Shown: positions 1 through 8,175 of the stretch, piece after piece
Numbering within the stretch: the stretch's first letter is position 1
Layout: every line of letters begins with the position of its first letter
Source: an uncultured Candidatus Saccharibacteria bacterium
GTDB taxonomy: Bacteria; Patescibacteriota; Doudnabacteria; UBA920
Assembly: GCA_964521955.1 (NCBI GenBank)
Contig: CAZFTX010000006.1
Span: forward strand, 1 to 60,630
Reading direction: 5' to 3'
Length of the DNA stretch: 60,630 bases
Notes under the pieces: model-generated
Databases searched by the model: none
Told to the model about the DNA's origin: nothing
What the model saw: only the letters and a program-made list of their open reading frames with translations
Translations under genes and position numbers: made by a program

Positions 1-144
1 CATGAGCATAACGATCGCGTAAGTATAGCTCCACTTCTTCTTGGGCTTTTCCGGCTTTCGATGGGGGAAGTTGATGTCCCCGCATGTCGCTGTAGCCAGT
101 TTCTTGTCTCGTAAGGTTGAGCAGAGACAAGTCGGACAAATCAT
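1..144 (-). CDS. partial hypothetical small Cys-containing ORF (runs off left edge)
   Basis: Minus-strand ATG at 144-142 opens a frame with no stop to nt 1 (MICPTCLCSTLRDKKLATATCGDINFPH...). It lies in a visibly GC-richer ~190-nt flank. No SD and no recognisable family. Confidence 0.2.
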   Translation of the reverse strand, partial: MICPTCLCSTLRDKKLATATCGDINFPHRKPEKPKKKWSYTYAIVMLM

Positions 145-267
145 GAGGAACTGACCCTGGATCTTGGAATACGTATAGGTTACCCAATTTTGATAACCCT
201 CCTTTCTCGAATAAAATACATTATTCCCAGGTTTTTGTATAGAGCTAAAACATGGTATAATTTGGGT

Positions 268-1332
268 ATGAATCCAGCAATTATTTACGCAATATTAGGC
301 ATTTTACTCTTAGGTTTTGGCGTACTTTTATACTTTCTAATTGAACTAAAAAAGAAAACCGAAAGACCACAGGGTGAAGATTTAGCTATGAAGTTGTTAT
401 TGGAACAAATGAACGAACTTTCCCGTGTAGTGGACAGAAAAATGACTGAAACCACCCAGCACATGAGTGATTCAATGAAAACTCAATTTACGGAATCCTC
501 AAAACTCATTAAAGACGTTACTCAAGGCTTAACTAAGTTAGACGAAACCAATAAGCAAGTTATTTCTTTTGCTGACCAACTTCAAAGTCTGCAGGACATT
601 TTAAAAAACCCAAAACAGCGCGGTGTTCTGGGAGAATATTACTTAGAAACCCTGCTTAAAAACGTACTTCCACCGGGAAGTTACGAAATGCAAAAAAGTT
701 TTCCAAACGGCACAATTGTAGATGCCGCGGTTTTTGTTAAAAATAAAATCATACCAATAGATTCAAAATTTTCCCTAGAAAACTACAACCGCATGGCAGA
801 AGCCAAAGACGAAACCGAAAGAGAACGTTGGAGAAAGACATTTGAAAATGATTTAAAATTTCGAATTATTGAAACTTCCAAGTACATACAACCAAACGAA
901 GGCACTATGGACTTTGCTTTCATGTTTATTCCCCATGAAGCCATTTACTACGACCTGTTAACTAACAAAGTCGGCAGCCTGGCGGCAGAAGACGAAAACC
1001 TTATTCAAAGAGCGGCTGGAAAATACAAAGTTATTATTGTTTCGCCAACCTCATTCTTAGCCTACCTGCAAACCGTACTTCAAGGCTTAAAAGCCATGCA
1101 AATTGAAGAAACTGCAAAAGATATAATAAAAAACGTGGGTCAACTTGGCCGTCACCTAAAAAGCTACGAAGAATTTTACGGTAAACTTGGCAACGCGCTT
1201 TCAACCAGCATTAACCAATACAACCTTGCGGGTAAAGAATTTGTTAAAATTGACAAAGATATTTTAAAAATCACCGGTGAAAGTTTAGAAATTCAAAATG
1301 TTGCTTTGGAAAAACCGGAAATTGAAAAATAG
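268..1332 (+). CDS. rmuC: DNA recombination protein, RmuC family
   Basis: First ATG (268) of the 190-1332 frame lies 7 nt after an extended -10 (TGGTATAAT, 253-261). N-terminal TM helix, coiled region, then RmuC-type core (GVLGEYYLETLL, IPIDSKF, FMFIPHEAIYYDL, IIVSPTSFLAYLQ). Confidence 0.8.
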   Translation: MNPAIIYAILGILLLGFGVLLYFLIELKKKTERPQGEDLAMKLLLEQMNELSRVVDRKMTETTQHMSDSMKTQFTESSKLIKDVTQGLTKLDETNKQVISFADQLQSLQDILKNPKQRGVLGEYYLETLLKNVLPPGSYEMQKSFPNGTIVDAAVFVKNKIIPIDSKFSLENYNRMAEAKDETERERWRKTFENDLKFRIIETSKYIQPNEGTMDFAFMFIPHEAIYYDLLTNKVGSLAAEDENLIQRAAGKYKVIIVSPTSFLAYLQTVLQGLKAMQIEETAKDIIKNVGQLGRHLKSYEEFYGKLGNALSTSINQYNLAGKEFVKIDKDILKITGESLEIQNVALEKPEIEK

Positions 1333-1367
1333 TAACTTTATTTATAAATTTTTAAACTAAAATTAAT

Positions 1368-1877
1368 ATGTCCATACGCAATCCGGACCAAAGAATAGGC
1401 GTGTTTGTAGACGTACAAAATTTGTACTACTCTGCACGCAACATTTACAACGCAAGAATCAAGTTCAACGAAGTTTTAGAAACCGCGGTAGCCGGTAGAA
1501 AACTTATCCGCGCCATAGCTTACGTAGTTAAGGCAGACATGCCAGAAGAGCACACCTTTTTTGAAGCCTTAGAAAAAGCAGGTTTTGAAGTTAAAGTTAA
1601 AGAGCTCCAAACTTTTGCCGGCGGACACCAAAAAGGGGATTGGGACGTAGGCATTGCCATAGATATTATTAAAATGATGAACAAGCTGGATGTTGTAGTC
1701 TTAGCCAGCGGAGACGGGGACTATGTACCGCTTTTAGAATACTTACAAATGACAGGACAATTTACCGAAACTCTAGCTTTTGGAAAAAGCTGTAGTGCTA
1801 AAGTCAAAGAACTTACAGACTACTTTATTGACCTTGACCAGAGCCCCAGAAAATATTTAATGCCCATTAGAAAATGA
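1368..1877 (+). CDS. NYN/LabA-like (DUF88) domain protein, predicted RNase fold
   Basis: GVFVDVQNLYYSA ... DWDVGIAIDII ... VVLASGDGDYVPLLEYLQ match the NYN/LabA pattern. Confidence 0.75.
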   Translation: MSIRNPDQRIGVFVDVQNLYYSARNIYNARIKFNEVLETAVAGRKLIRAIAYVVKADMPEEHTFFEALEKAGFEVKVKELQTFAGGHQKGDWDVGIAIDIIKMMNKLDVVVLASGDGDYVPLLEYLQMTGQFTETLAFGKSCSAKVKELTDYFIDLDQSPRKYLMPIRK

Positions 1878-2323
1878 AGATTGTACTTGATACCAATGTT
1901 TTAATAAACGGATTTAAGGACGCCTATTCTTACGAAAAAAAAATTATAGATGCGGTTATTCAGGGAGAAATAGAAGCTTTTGCCAACAAACAAACTTTAA
2001 GAGAAAACCGTTTTATTTCCCAAAACTTAATTGACGACAGTTCATACCAAAAAGAGCTAAACAATTTTTTTACACAAGTAAACGACGTTATTAACCGTCG
2101 CCAAATTCGTATAGTTTCCGACCCCGAAGACAATAAAATTCTTGAAAGCGCCGTGGAAGCCAAAGCAGACTTTCTCATCTCCAGCGACAACGCACTTTTA
2201 AACATAGGGGAATACCGAAGAGTGAAAATAGTTACTCCCCAGGAATTTTGGGCAAAATATAAAGACGAAGGTATAGACCTTTGGAAACAATGGACAGGGT
2301 TTATTCGAAGCCAAAAAAGCTAA
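1874..2323 (+). CDS. PIN-domain protein (TA-toxin-like PIN family)
   Basis: MKIVLDTNVLI ... DPEDNKILESAVEAKADFLISSDNALL. Its start overlaps the NYN stop (ATGA, 1874-1877). Confidence 0.75.
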   Translation: MKIVLDTNVLINGFKDAYSYEKKIIDAVIQGEIEAFANKQTLRENRFISQNLIDDSSYQKELNNFFTQVNDVINRRQIRIVSDPEDNKILESAVEAKADFLISSDNALLNIGEYRRVKIVTPQEFWAKYKDEGIDLWKQWTGFIRSQKS

Positions 2324-5286
2324 TGTCAAAACTACTGGATAATTTAAATAAAGAGCAACAGGAGGCCGTTACCCATGTAGACGGCCCTTTGCTTATTGTA
2401 GCCGGAGCCGGAACCGGCAAGACTACGGTATTAACCAGAAGAGTTGCTTACTTAGTAGAGCAAAACCTGGCCGGTCCTCAAGAAATTTTAAGTTTAACCT
2501 TCACAGAAAAAGCTGCGGCAGAAATGAGTGAAAGAGTAGAATTACTCCTACCTTTGGGTTACTATGATTTATGGATTTCCACTTTTCACAGTTTTTGTGA
2601 ACGCATTTTAAAAAATCATTCTTTAGAAATAGGCCTACCCACTGACTTTAACCTGCTTAACGAAACCAAGCAGTGGATGTTGATTTACAAAAATTTAGAA
2701 AAGTTTAACTTAAATTACTACCGCCCCCTAGGTAACCCAAGTAAATTTATAGATGCACTCTTAAGTCATTTTTCTCGCTGCAAAGACGAACTAATCACCC
2801 CAGAAGCTTATTTGGAATACGCACAAGGTTTAAGGTCGAATTTAGATTCAGTTAATAAAGTCAAAAGTAACCTGTCTGCCGGCAAGGCAGGAAAATCAAA
2901 AGTAAAAAGTTCTTCAACCTTTCCACTTTCTGAAATTGATGAAACAGAAATCTCCCGCATAGAAGAAGTGGCAAATGCTTACAACGTTTACCAAAAACTT
3001 CTTGTAGAAAATAACAGCTTGGATTTTGGGGATTTAATAAATAAAACTTTAGAACTTTTCCTAAAACGCCCTAAAATTCTTAATTTTTACCAAAACAAAT
3101 TTAAGTTTTTCATGGTGGACGAATTTCAAGACACCAACTTTGCTCAAGCCCAACTTGTCAGCCTTTTAGCCGGGAAAAAGGCAAATTTAGTAGTGGTGGG
3201 CGACGACGATCAGTCAATTTACAAATTCAGGGGTGCTTCAGTTTCCAATATTTTAAAATTTCAAGAAATTTACCCTCAGACCAAGCAAGTCACTTTACAA
3301 GAAAATTACCGCTCTACCCAGGAAATTTTAGATCTAGCTTATAACTTTATCCAAAAAAATAACCCTGACCGACTTGAGCCTAAAATGGGAATAAACAAAA
3401 AACTCAAAAGTAACACAAAAGAAACCGGCGAGATAAAAGTTTTAGAGTCCGAAGACTTAAGCGGCGAACTAAACATGGTTGCAAAAAAAATCTTGGACTT
3501 AAAAACTACAGAAAACTCATGGAATGACTTTGCAGTTTTAATTCGCTCCAGAGCAGCTGCGGACGAACTTTTGCCGGTTTTTGCCAAAACCCATATTCCT
3601 TTTACTTTCGCTTCCAATAAAGGACTGTATAAAAAACCAATTATTTTGGACATTTTGGCTTACTTAAGACTTCTAGATAACGCCCATGAGTCCACCTTTC
3701 TTTACCGAGTCTTAACTTTACCAAGGTTCAGCTTAAAATACGAAGACCTTTCAGCGGTCATAAATGTTTCAAACAAAAAAACTTTATCACTCTATGAAAG
3801 CTTAAACTTAGGACTAACTTCAGCAGAACTTTCAGAAGAAGCAAAAAAGAAAATTAAGCTACTGAAAGAAGCACTTTCAAAACACGCCGACCAAATGAAA
3901 ACCTCAACAGCTTTAGAAATGTTTGTGTTTTTAATTGCTGACTTAGGCATTGAAGCCAAACTTAAAGAAGAAACTTTGGAAAATGCGGAAAGCAGGGAAC
4001 TTTTGGACCAATTTTACAAAAAAATTGAAGAGTTTGAAAAAGAAAATGAAAACAAAAGTCTGCACAGCTTTCTTAATAATTTAAATCTAGAACTACAAAG
4101 TGGGGAAGAGGGGGAAATCAAATTTGACCCAAATCTTGGGCCAGAGAGCTTGAAAATCTTTACCGTCCACGCCGCAAAAGGCTTGGAGTTTAAATATGTC
4201 TTTATAATTAACCTAGTTGAACAACGTTTTCCCACTAGAGAAAAAAAGGAAAGTATTGAAATTCCTGCGGCCTTAGTCAAAGACATATTGCCGGAAGGGG
4301 ATTTTCACTTGCAAGAAGAACGCAGGCTGTTTTACGTCGGCCTGACCAGAGCAAAAACCCATCTATACCTTTCCTGGGCTAAAGACTACGGTGGTGTTAA
4401 AACAAAAAAACCATCGCCTTTTTTAGTTGAAACACACTTAGTCCCCAGCGACCATGTAAGCAAAGCTACTGGTAAAGTTGTATTTAACCAAATCAAAAAC
4501 CTTCCAGAAGTTTACAAAAATCTCCCAACCAAGTTCTCTTTTTCACAACTTTCAGACTTTGAAAGCTGTCCTTTAAAATACAAGTACGCTTACTTCCTAA
4601 AACTACCTTTACCCGGTAATGCGTATTTCAGCTTTGGAAGTACTATGCATAAAGTTTTTGAGGAATTTTTAAAAATCTATAGAAATAACCAGGCACTTGT
4701 TCAAGTAGACTTGTTCGGCAAAAAACCTTCTGACTTGCCTTTGCCGGAATTTAAAGTTCTAGAACAATTTTACACTAAATATTGGATAGACGACTGGTAT
4801 GCAAGTAAAAAACAAAAAGAAGAATACAAGCAAGCTGGAACCAAAATGCTCAAAACTTTTTACGACCACTTAAACTTAAACCCCGCCATACCCAAACATA
4901 TTGAAAAGTTTTTCAAACTAAAATTAGGAACATACGACTTTGTGGGTAAAATTGACAGGGCAGACGAAACACCTAATGGGCTTGAAATTTTAGACTACAA
5001 AACAGGAAAAGTGCCAAAAACCAAAAAAGATTTAGACCAATTATATATATATCAGATGGCGGCACAAGAACACTTGGGTGAAAAAGTTTCCGGTTTAAAA
5101 TATTGGTACTTACAGGAAAATAAGTTTGTGGAAGAAGAGTTGGCGACCTTACCTGAGTTAAACGAACTAAAAGAGAAACTTTTAGCAACCATGGAAAAAA
5201 TTGTCTATGTGGTTAAACACGATTTGTTTTTAGAAGAACACAAAAAACTTAAAAATCACGATTGCGATTTTGTTCACTTTGAATAA
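2323..5286 (+). CDS. UvrD/PcrA-type SF1 helicase with C-terminal PD-(D/E)XK-like nuclease domain
   Basis: SF1 motifs AGAGTGKT, DEFQD, VGDDDQSIYKFRGA, YRS, TVHAAKGLEF and RLFYVGLTRA. C-terminal IDRADE...LEILDYKTGK block. ATG 2323 overlaps the PIN stop (TAATG); the track start 2281 is an upstream alternative. Confidence 0.85.
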   Translation: MSKLLDNLNKEQQEAVTHVDGPLLIVAGAGTGKTTVLTRRVAYLVEQNLAGPQEILSLTFTEKAAAEMSERVELLLPLGYYDLWISTFHSFCERILKNHSLEIGLPTDFNLLNETKQWMLIYKNLEKFNLNYYRPLGNPSKFIDALLSHFSRCKDELITPEAYLEYAQGLRSNLDSVNKVKSNLSAGKAGKSKVKSSSTFPLSEIDETEISRIEEVANAYNVYQKLLVENNSLDFGDLINKTLELFLKRPKILNFYQNKFKFFMVDEFQDTNFAQAQLVSLLAGKKANLVVVGDDDQSIYKFRGASVSNILKFQEIYPQTKQVTLQENYRSTQEILDLAYNFIQKNNPDRLEPKMGINKKLKSNTKETGEIKVLESEDLSGELNMVAKKILDLKTTENSWNDFAVLIRSRAAADELLPVFAKTHIPFTFASNKGLYKKPIILDILAYLRLLDNAHESTFLYRVLTLPRFSLKYEDLSAVINVSNKKTLSLYESLNLGLTSAELSEEAKKKIKLLKEALSKHADQMKTSTALEMFVFLIADLGIEAKLKEETLENAESRELLDQFYKKIEEFEKENENKSLHSFLNNLNLELQSGEEGEIKFDPNLGPESLKIFTVHAAKGLEFKYVFIINLVEQRFPTREKKESIEIPAALVKDILPEGDFHLQEERRLFYVGLTRAKTHLYLSWAKDYGGVKTKKPSPFLVETHLVPSDHVSKATGKVVFNQIKNLPEVYKNLPTKFSFSQLSDFESCPLKYKYAYFLKLPLPGNAYFSFGSTMHKVFEEFLKIYRNNQALVQVDLFGKKPSDLPLPEFKVLEQFYTKYWIDDWYASKKQKEEYKQAGTKMLKTFYDHLNLNPAIPKHIEKFFKLKLGTYDFVGKIDRADETPNGLEILDYKTGKVPKTKKDLDQLYIYQMAAQEHLGEKVSGLKYWYLQENKFVEEELATLPELNELKEKLLATMEKIVYVVKHDLFLEEHKKLKNHDCDFVHFE

Positions 5287-5473
5287 AACACTTGGAGTGA
5301 AAAACCTGTGACCACCCCCTAAAATTCTTCGAATTTTGGGGAACCCCGAATTTAGGTTTTTTCCTTCCCTGCCTTGCCGGCAGACAGGCAAACCATCGCT
5401 AACGCTCGGCCTCCCTTTTCAACAAAGAATCCTTCGGGCAGGGGAACCCTGACCCTCAGGATGAAAAAAGCTA
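5287..5473 (+). repeat. GC-rich structured intergenic element, copy R1
   Basis: Begins right after the helicase stop with ACACTTGGAG. Long hairpin (AAAACCT 5301-5307 / AGGTTTT 5354-5360 enclosing 5316-5341), box CGCTAACGCTCGGCCTCCCTTTTC, hairpin CAGGG-GAA-CCCTG (5439-5451), and tail AGCTATAAATAAA. Near-identical blocks occur at 21972-22135. Confidence 0.8.
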
Positions 5474-5514
5474 TAAATAAATTTTTATTCTACAATTTTT
5501 GTGTTATAATAAAT

Positions 5515-5889
5515 ATGTTAAGAAACATAAAAAAATCATTTTTCTTCTTAATTACGAGCACAATTCTTGCTTCGATTTCGGTTTTCTCCATACTGTTTTA
5601 CTCTGACCCGGAATCTGCAGGAAAATTAACATTTTTCCTGATATACCTAAGTATATTTTTATGCTTGTTTGGCCTGTTTACACTGCTTGGAACTTTTATT
5701 AGAAAAAAGTTTACAACCGAAATACCAGGCAATATTCTTGGGCAAAGCCTAAGGCAGGGATTACAAATCGCCCTTTTAGTAACTGTTTCCTTATTGCTCT
5801 CCGCTAAAGGATTGTTATATTGGTGGGTGGAAGCAAGTTTAATTTTATTTTTTATTTTCTTTGAAATATTTTTTCACTTAAAGGACTAA
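5515..5889 (+). CDS. small polytopic membrane protein (hypothetical)
   Basis: 124 aa with about four hydrophobic segments. ATG 5515 follows TGTTATAAT (5502-5510). The longer track frame from 5374 reads through repeat R1. Confidence 0.6.
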   Translation: MLRNIKKSFFFLITSTILASISVFSILFYSDPESAGKLTFFLIYLSIFLCLFGLFTLLGTFIRKKFTTEIPGNILGQSLRQGLQIALLVTVSLLLSAKGLLYWWVEASLILFFIFFEIFFHLKD

Positions 5890-5895
5890 TTGCTT

Positions 5896-5922
5896 TAGAA
5901 GGGGGCGTACCGCCCCCTTCTA
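5896..5922 (+). terminator. GC-rich hairpin after the 5515 gene (terminator-like, no clear U-tract)
   Basis: TAGAAGGGGGCG-TAC-CGCCCCCTTCTA, a perfect 12-bp stem. Confidence 0.5.
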
Positions 5923-5924
5923 GT

Positions 5925-5995
5925 ACCTCACCCTGCATAAGGTGTCATTCGGACAGGCAAAGCCTGATCCTCATGACACAACAGCTATAAATAAA
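5925..5995 (+). repeat. solo copy (P) of the 3' module of the R element
   Basis: GTGTCATTCGGACAGGCAAAGCCTGATCCTCATGACACAACAGCTATAAATAAA aligns with 5425-5473 and 22088-22135. Hairpin CAGGC-AAA-GCCTG at 5954-5966. Confidence 0.7.
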
Positions 5996-7516
5996 ATGGA
6001 AGAAAAAAGCGTAGAAAATTTAATTAAAAAAATGAGCGTGGCCAAACCAGGCTCTCCGCCTGTTGAATTGCCACCAACTTTGGAGGCAGAGTTAGGAAAG
6101 AAAAATTTAATATTTTTTAATGTTATGCCAAAGGTAAAATCTGAAAACGAAATCGTCCAACCAACTGTTTCAATTTCCCAACCCTCGGAAAACGAAAATA
6201 ATACCACCACTGAAACCGAAGAAAGTCATTCAACGGTGTCAAAATTAAAAAAATTTAAAATCTATATAATATTAGCCGCCTTGCTACTTATTGGCGGTCC
6301 TTTAGTTTACTTTTTAGTAAACAAATTCGGTGCCGGTTCAGGAGGAAAATCCAGTATTATCATTAATGAAAGCGCAATTAAAGACCTCGCCAATAAAAAA
6401 CCAGCTGAAAACGAAGATGGCTTTACCATAACTACACCAAATGAGTGGCAGCTTAAATATTTTAACAACAAAACTTGTCAAAGCCTTTCGCTTTGTGGAG
6501 ACCAGGCTGATCCGGACTTAGACGGCCTTAAAAACATAGAAGAACACGAATTCCAAACTGACCCCAATAACAATGATTCAGACCAAGACGGCCTTGCTGA
6601 TGGGGACGAAATATTTGTATTTCTTACAAATGCCTTAAACCCCAAAACCGCAAACGACCCTACCTATAACGACTTAGACTACGTTAAAGGTGCTTATGAC
6701 ATTTCTACTGGGAGCAAGTTAAGCGAAAAACAACTTTTAGAAATAAGTTCTAAAATGGCAGAAAAGGGGCTTCATCCTCCCACACTTTCAAACGTTGGCG
6801 ATGTGCTAATTTCCATTTATGGATTTGAAAATACCCAAACAGAAACAGTTGCGCCAAAAACTGAAAACACTGAAAACACGGACCCTTCTACAGGCACTTT
6901 AGAAGAAAAACAAGACCGCGATGCACAAAGAAGCACGACAGTTAAAAATGTCGGAATTGCTTTAATTAAGTATAAAGAAGACTATGACCAATTTCCTCCT
7001 GGTAAAAATATTGAGGAAATATACGACAAGCTCAAGCCTTATAGCAAAGTACCAATTAACCCTAAAGACCCTTTAAACATAGAACCTTTCGTTTACACCT
7101 ACGAAATCAATGCAAATGCTGATGATTTTATTTTAACTTTCAGAAGCGAAATTGCAAACGAAGTTATTCGCAAACGGTCCGAAGATTCTAGAAAAGACCT
7201 ACTAATACAAGAAGCGGCGGTTTTGGACGATCAAAGAAAAAATGACTTAAAAAACTTGCAAACTGCACTCTTGCTTTACTCGGGAAACAACATTGCGGGA
7301 GAGCAAAATTACGTATTTCCAAAAGAAGACAAATACAAAATTGATTTAGTGCCAAAATATATTCCTGCAATACCAAAAGACCCAAAAACCAAACTTGATT
7401 ACGAATACAAAGTTTCTGAAACTTTTGATACTTTTACCTTAAAAGTTGTTTTGGACAATCCAAACCCAGGCACTACGGGCTACATGTGTAATCAAGAAGA
7501 CTGTAGAGAGTATTAA
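5996..7516 (+). CDS. membrane-anchored secreted protein with TSP3-like Ca-binding repeats and two pseudopilin-like C-terminal units
   Basis: ATG 5996 directly follows repeat P. TM helix IYIILAALLLIGGPLVYFLV. DPDLDGL...DPNNNDSDQDGLADGDE. Two units ending ...INPKDP and ...IPAIPKDPKT resemble T2SS/T4P pseudopilin globular domains. Confidence 0.6.
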   Translation: MEEKSVENLIKKMSVAKPGSPPVELPPTLEAELGKKNLIFFNVMPKVKSENEIVQPTVSISQPSENENNTTTETEESHSTVSKLKKFKIYIILAALLLIGGPLVYFLVNKFGAGSGGKSSIIINESAIKDLANKKPAENEDGFTITTPNEWQLKYFNNKTCQSLSLCGDQADPDLDGLKNIEEHEFQTDPNNNDSDQDGLADGDEIFVFLTNALNPKTANDPTYNDLDYVKGAYDISTGSKLSEKQLLEISSKMAEKGLHPPTLSNVGDVLISIYGFENTQTETVAPKTENTENTDPSTGTLEEKQDRDAQRSTTVKNVGIALIKYKEDYDQFPPGKNIEEIYDKLKPYSKVPINPKDPLNIEPFVYTYEINANADDFILTFRSEIANEVIRKRSEDSRKDLLIQEAAVLDDQRKNDLKNLQTALLLYSGNNIAGEQNYVFPKEDKYKIDLVPKYIPAIPKDPKTKLDYEYKVSETFDTFTLKVVLDNPNPGTTGYMCNQEDCREY

Positions 7517-7587
7517 ACATTGACCAAGAATGATCAAGATTAAATAATTGATCATGATTTAAAAAAATTACCTAACAATTCTTACTT

Positions 7588-7608
7588 AATTTTGATCAAT
7601 CTTGGACA
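7588..7608 (+). repeat. 21-nt exact repeat AATTTTGATCAATCTTGGACA (copy 1)
   Basis: Identical 21-mer at 55818-55838. Lies 15 nt upstream of ATG 7623. An imperfect inverted partner TGACCAAGAATGATCAA is at 7521-7537. Confidence 0.85.
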
Positions 7609-7622
7609 ATCTCTTTTAATTT

Positions 7623-8039
7623 ATGATTTCTTTTTTAAAAAAACTTTTTTCTTCAACTAAGACAGTAAAAACTTTTCCAAATATTTTCACGGCAAAAGTT
7701 ATAGCAGTTGAAAAACACCCTAACGCAGACCGGCTTAGGGTTATTCGTCTTTCTTTAGGGGACAGGGAAGTCTACCCTGTGGTTTGCGGTGCCTGGAACT
7801 TTAAGGAAGGAGACATGGTGGTTTTAGCATTGCCCGGAGCGGTTATTCCTCAAAACATTCATAGCGAAAAACACGAATCATTTACTCTTAGTACGGCAAA
7901 ATTACGTGGGGTTGAAAGCCAGGGTATGATCTGTGCAAAATTTGAACTGGGTTTAGGCCCTTTAGATGACAAACCCGAAATTATCGTTTTAAATAGTTCA
8001 GTGACCCCCGGCACAACCTTTTCGTCCGAAATGCTTTAA
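7623..8039 (+). CDS. stand-alone tRNA-binding (tRNA_bind OB-fold) domain protein, PheT-N/CsaA-like
   Basis: KHPNADRLRVIRLSLG ... VVCGAWNFKEGDMVVLALPGAV ... KLRGVESQGMICAKFELGL. Confidence 0.8.
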   Translation: MISFLKKLFSSTKTVKTFPNIFTAKVIAVEKHPNADRLRVIRLSLGDREVYPVVCGAWNFKEGDMVVLALPGAVIPQNIHSEKHESFTLSTAKLRGVESQGMICAKFELGLGPLDDKPEIIVLNSSVTPGTTFSSEML

Positions 8040-8175
8040 TAATTGACAAAAATACTTGTCGCTGTCACATAAATTAGAAGCTTAAGCCAAACCACTGACA
8101 AGAAAATCTACCAATATTTTACTTTAGCTTTAATTAAGCGTATTATTGAGGTGGGAGGAGAAAATTTTTAATATC

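Noticed and set aside
1875-1877. Alternative genetic code (UGA recoding, as in some candidate phyla)
   Set aside because: TGA terminates well-delimited genes at expected lengths (for example NYN at 1875-1877), and no conserved protein here needs read-through. The presence of prfB cannot be judged from this window.
5374-5995. N-terminal extensions of the 5374 and 5942 track ORFs
   Set aside because: The extensions translate the repeated R/P element. The element copies differ by indels that shift frame, so it is non-coding. ATG 5515 and ATG 5996 are preferred.
8146-8175. TTG start at 8146 for the RHS gene
   Set aside because: ATG 8176 (MKTKKRKLF...) gives a normal basic n-region before the hydrophobic signal. 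The TTG extension adds 10 residues with no support. A GGGAGGAG at 8153-8160 lies 15 nt before the ATG, which is long, so the start remains somewhat uncertain.
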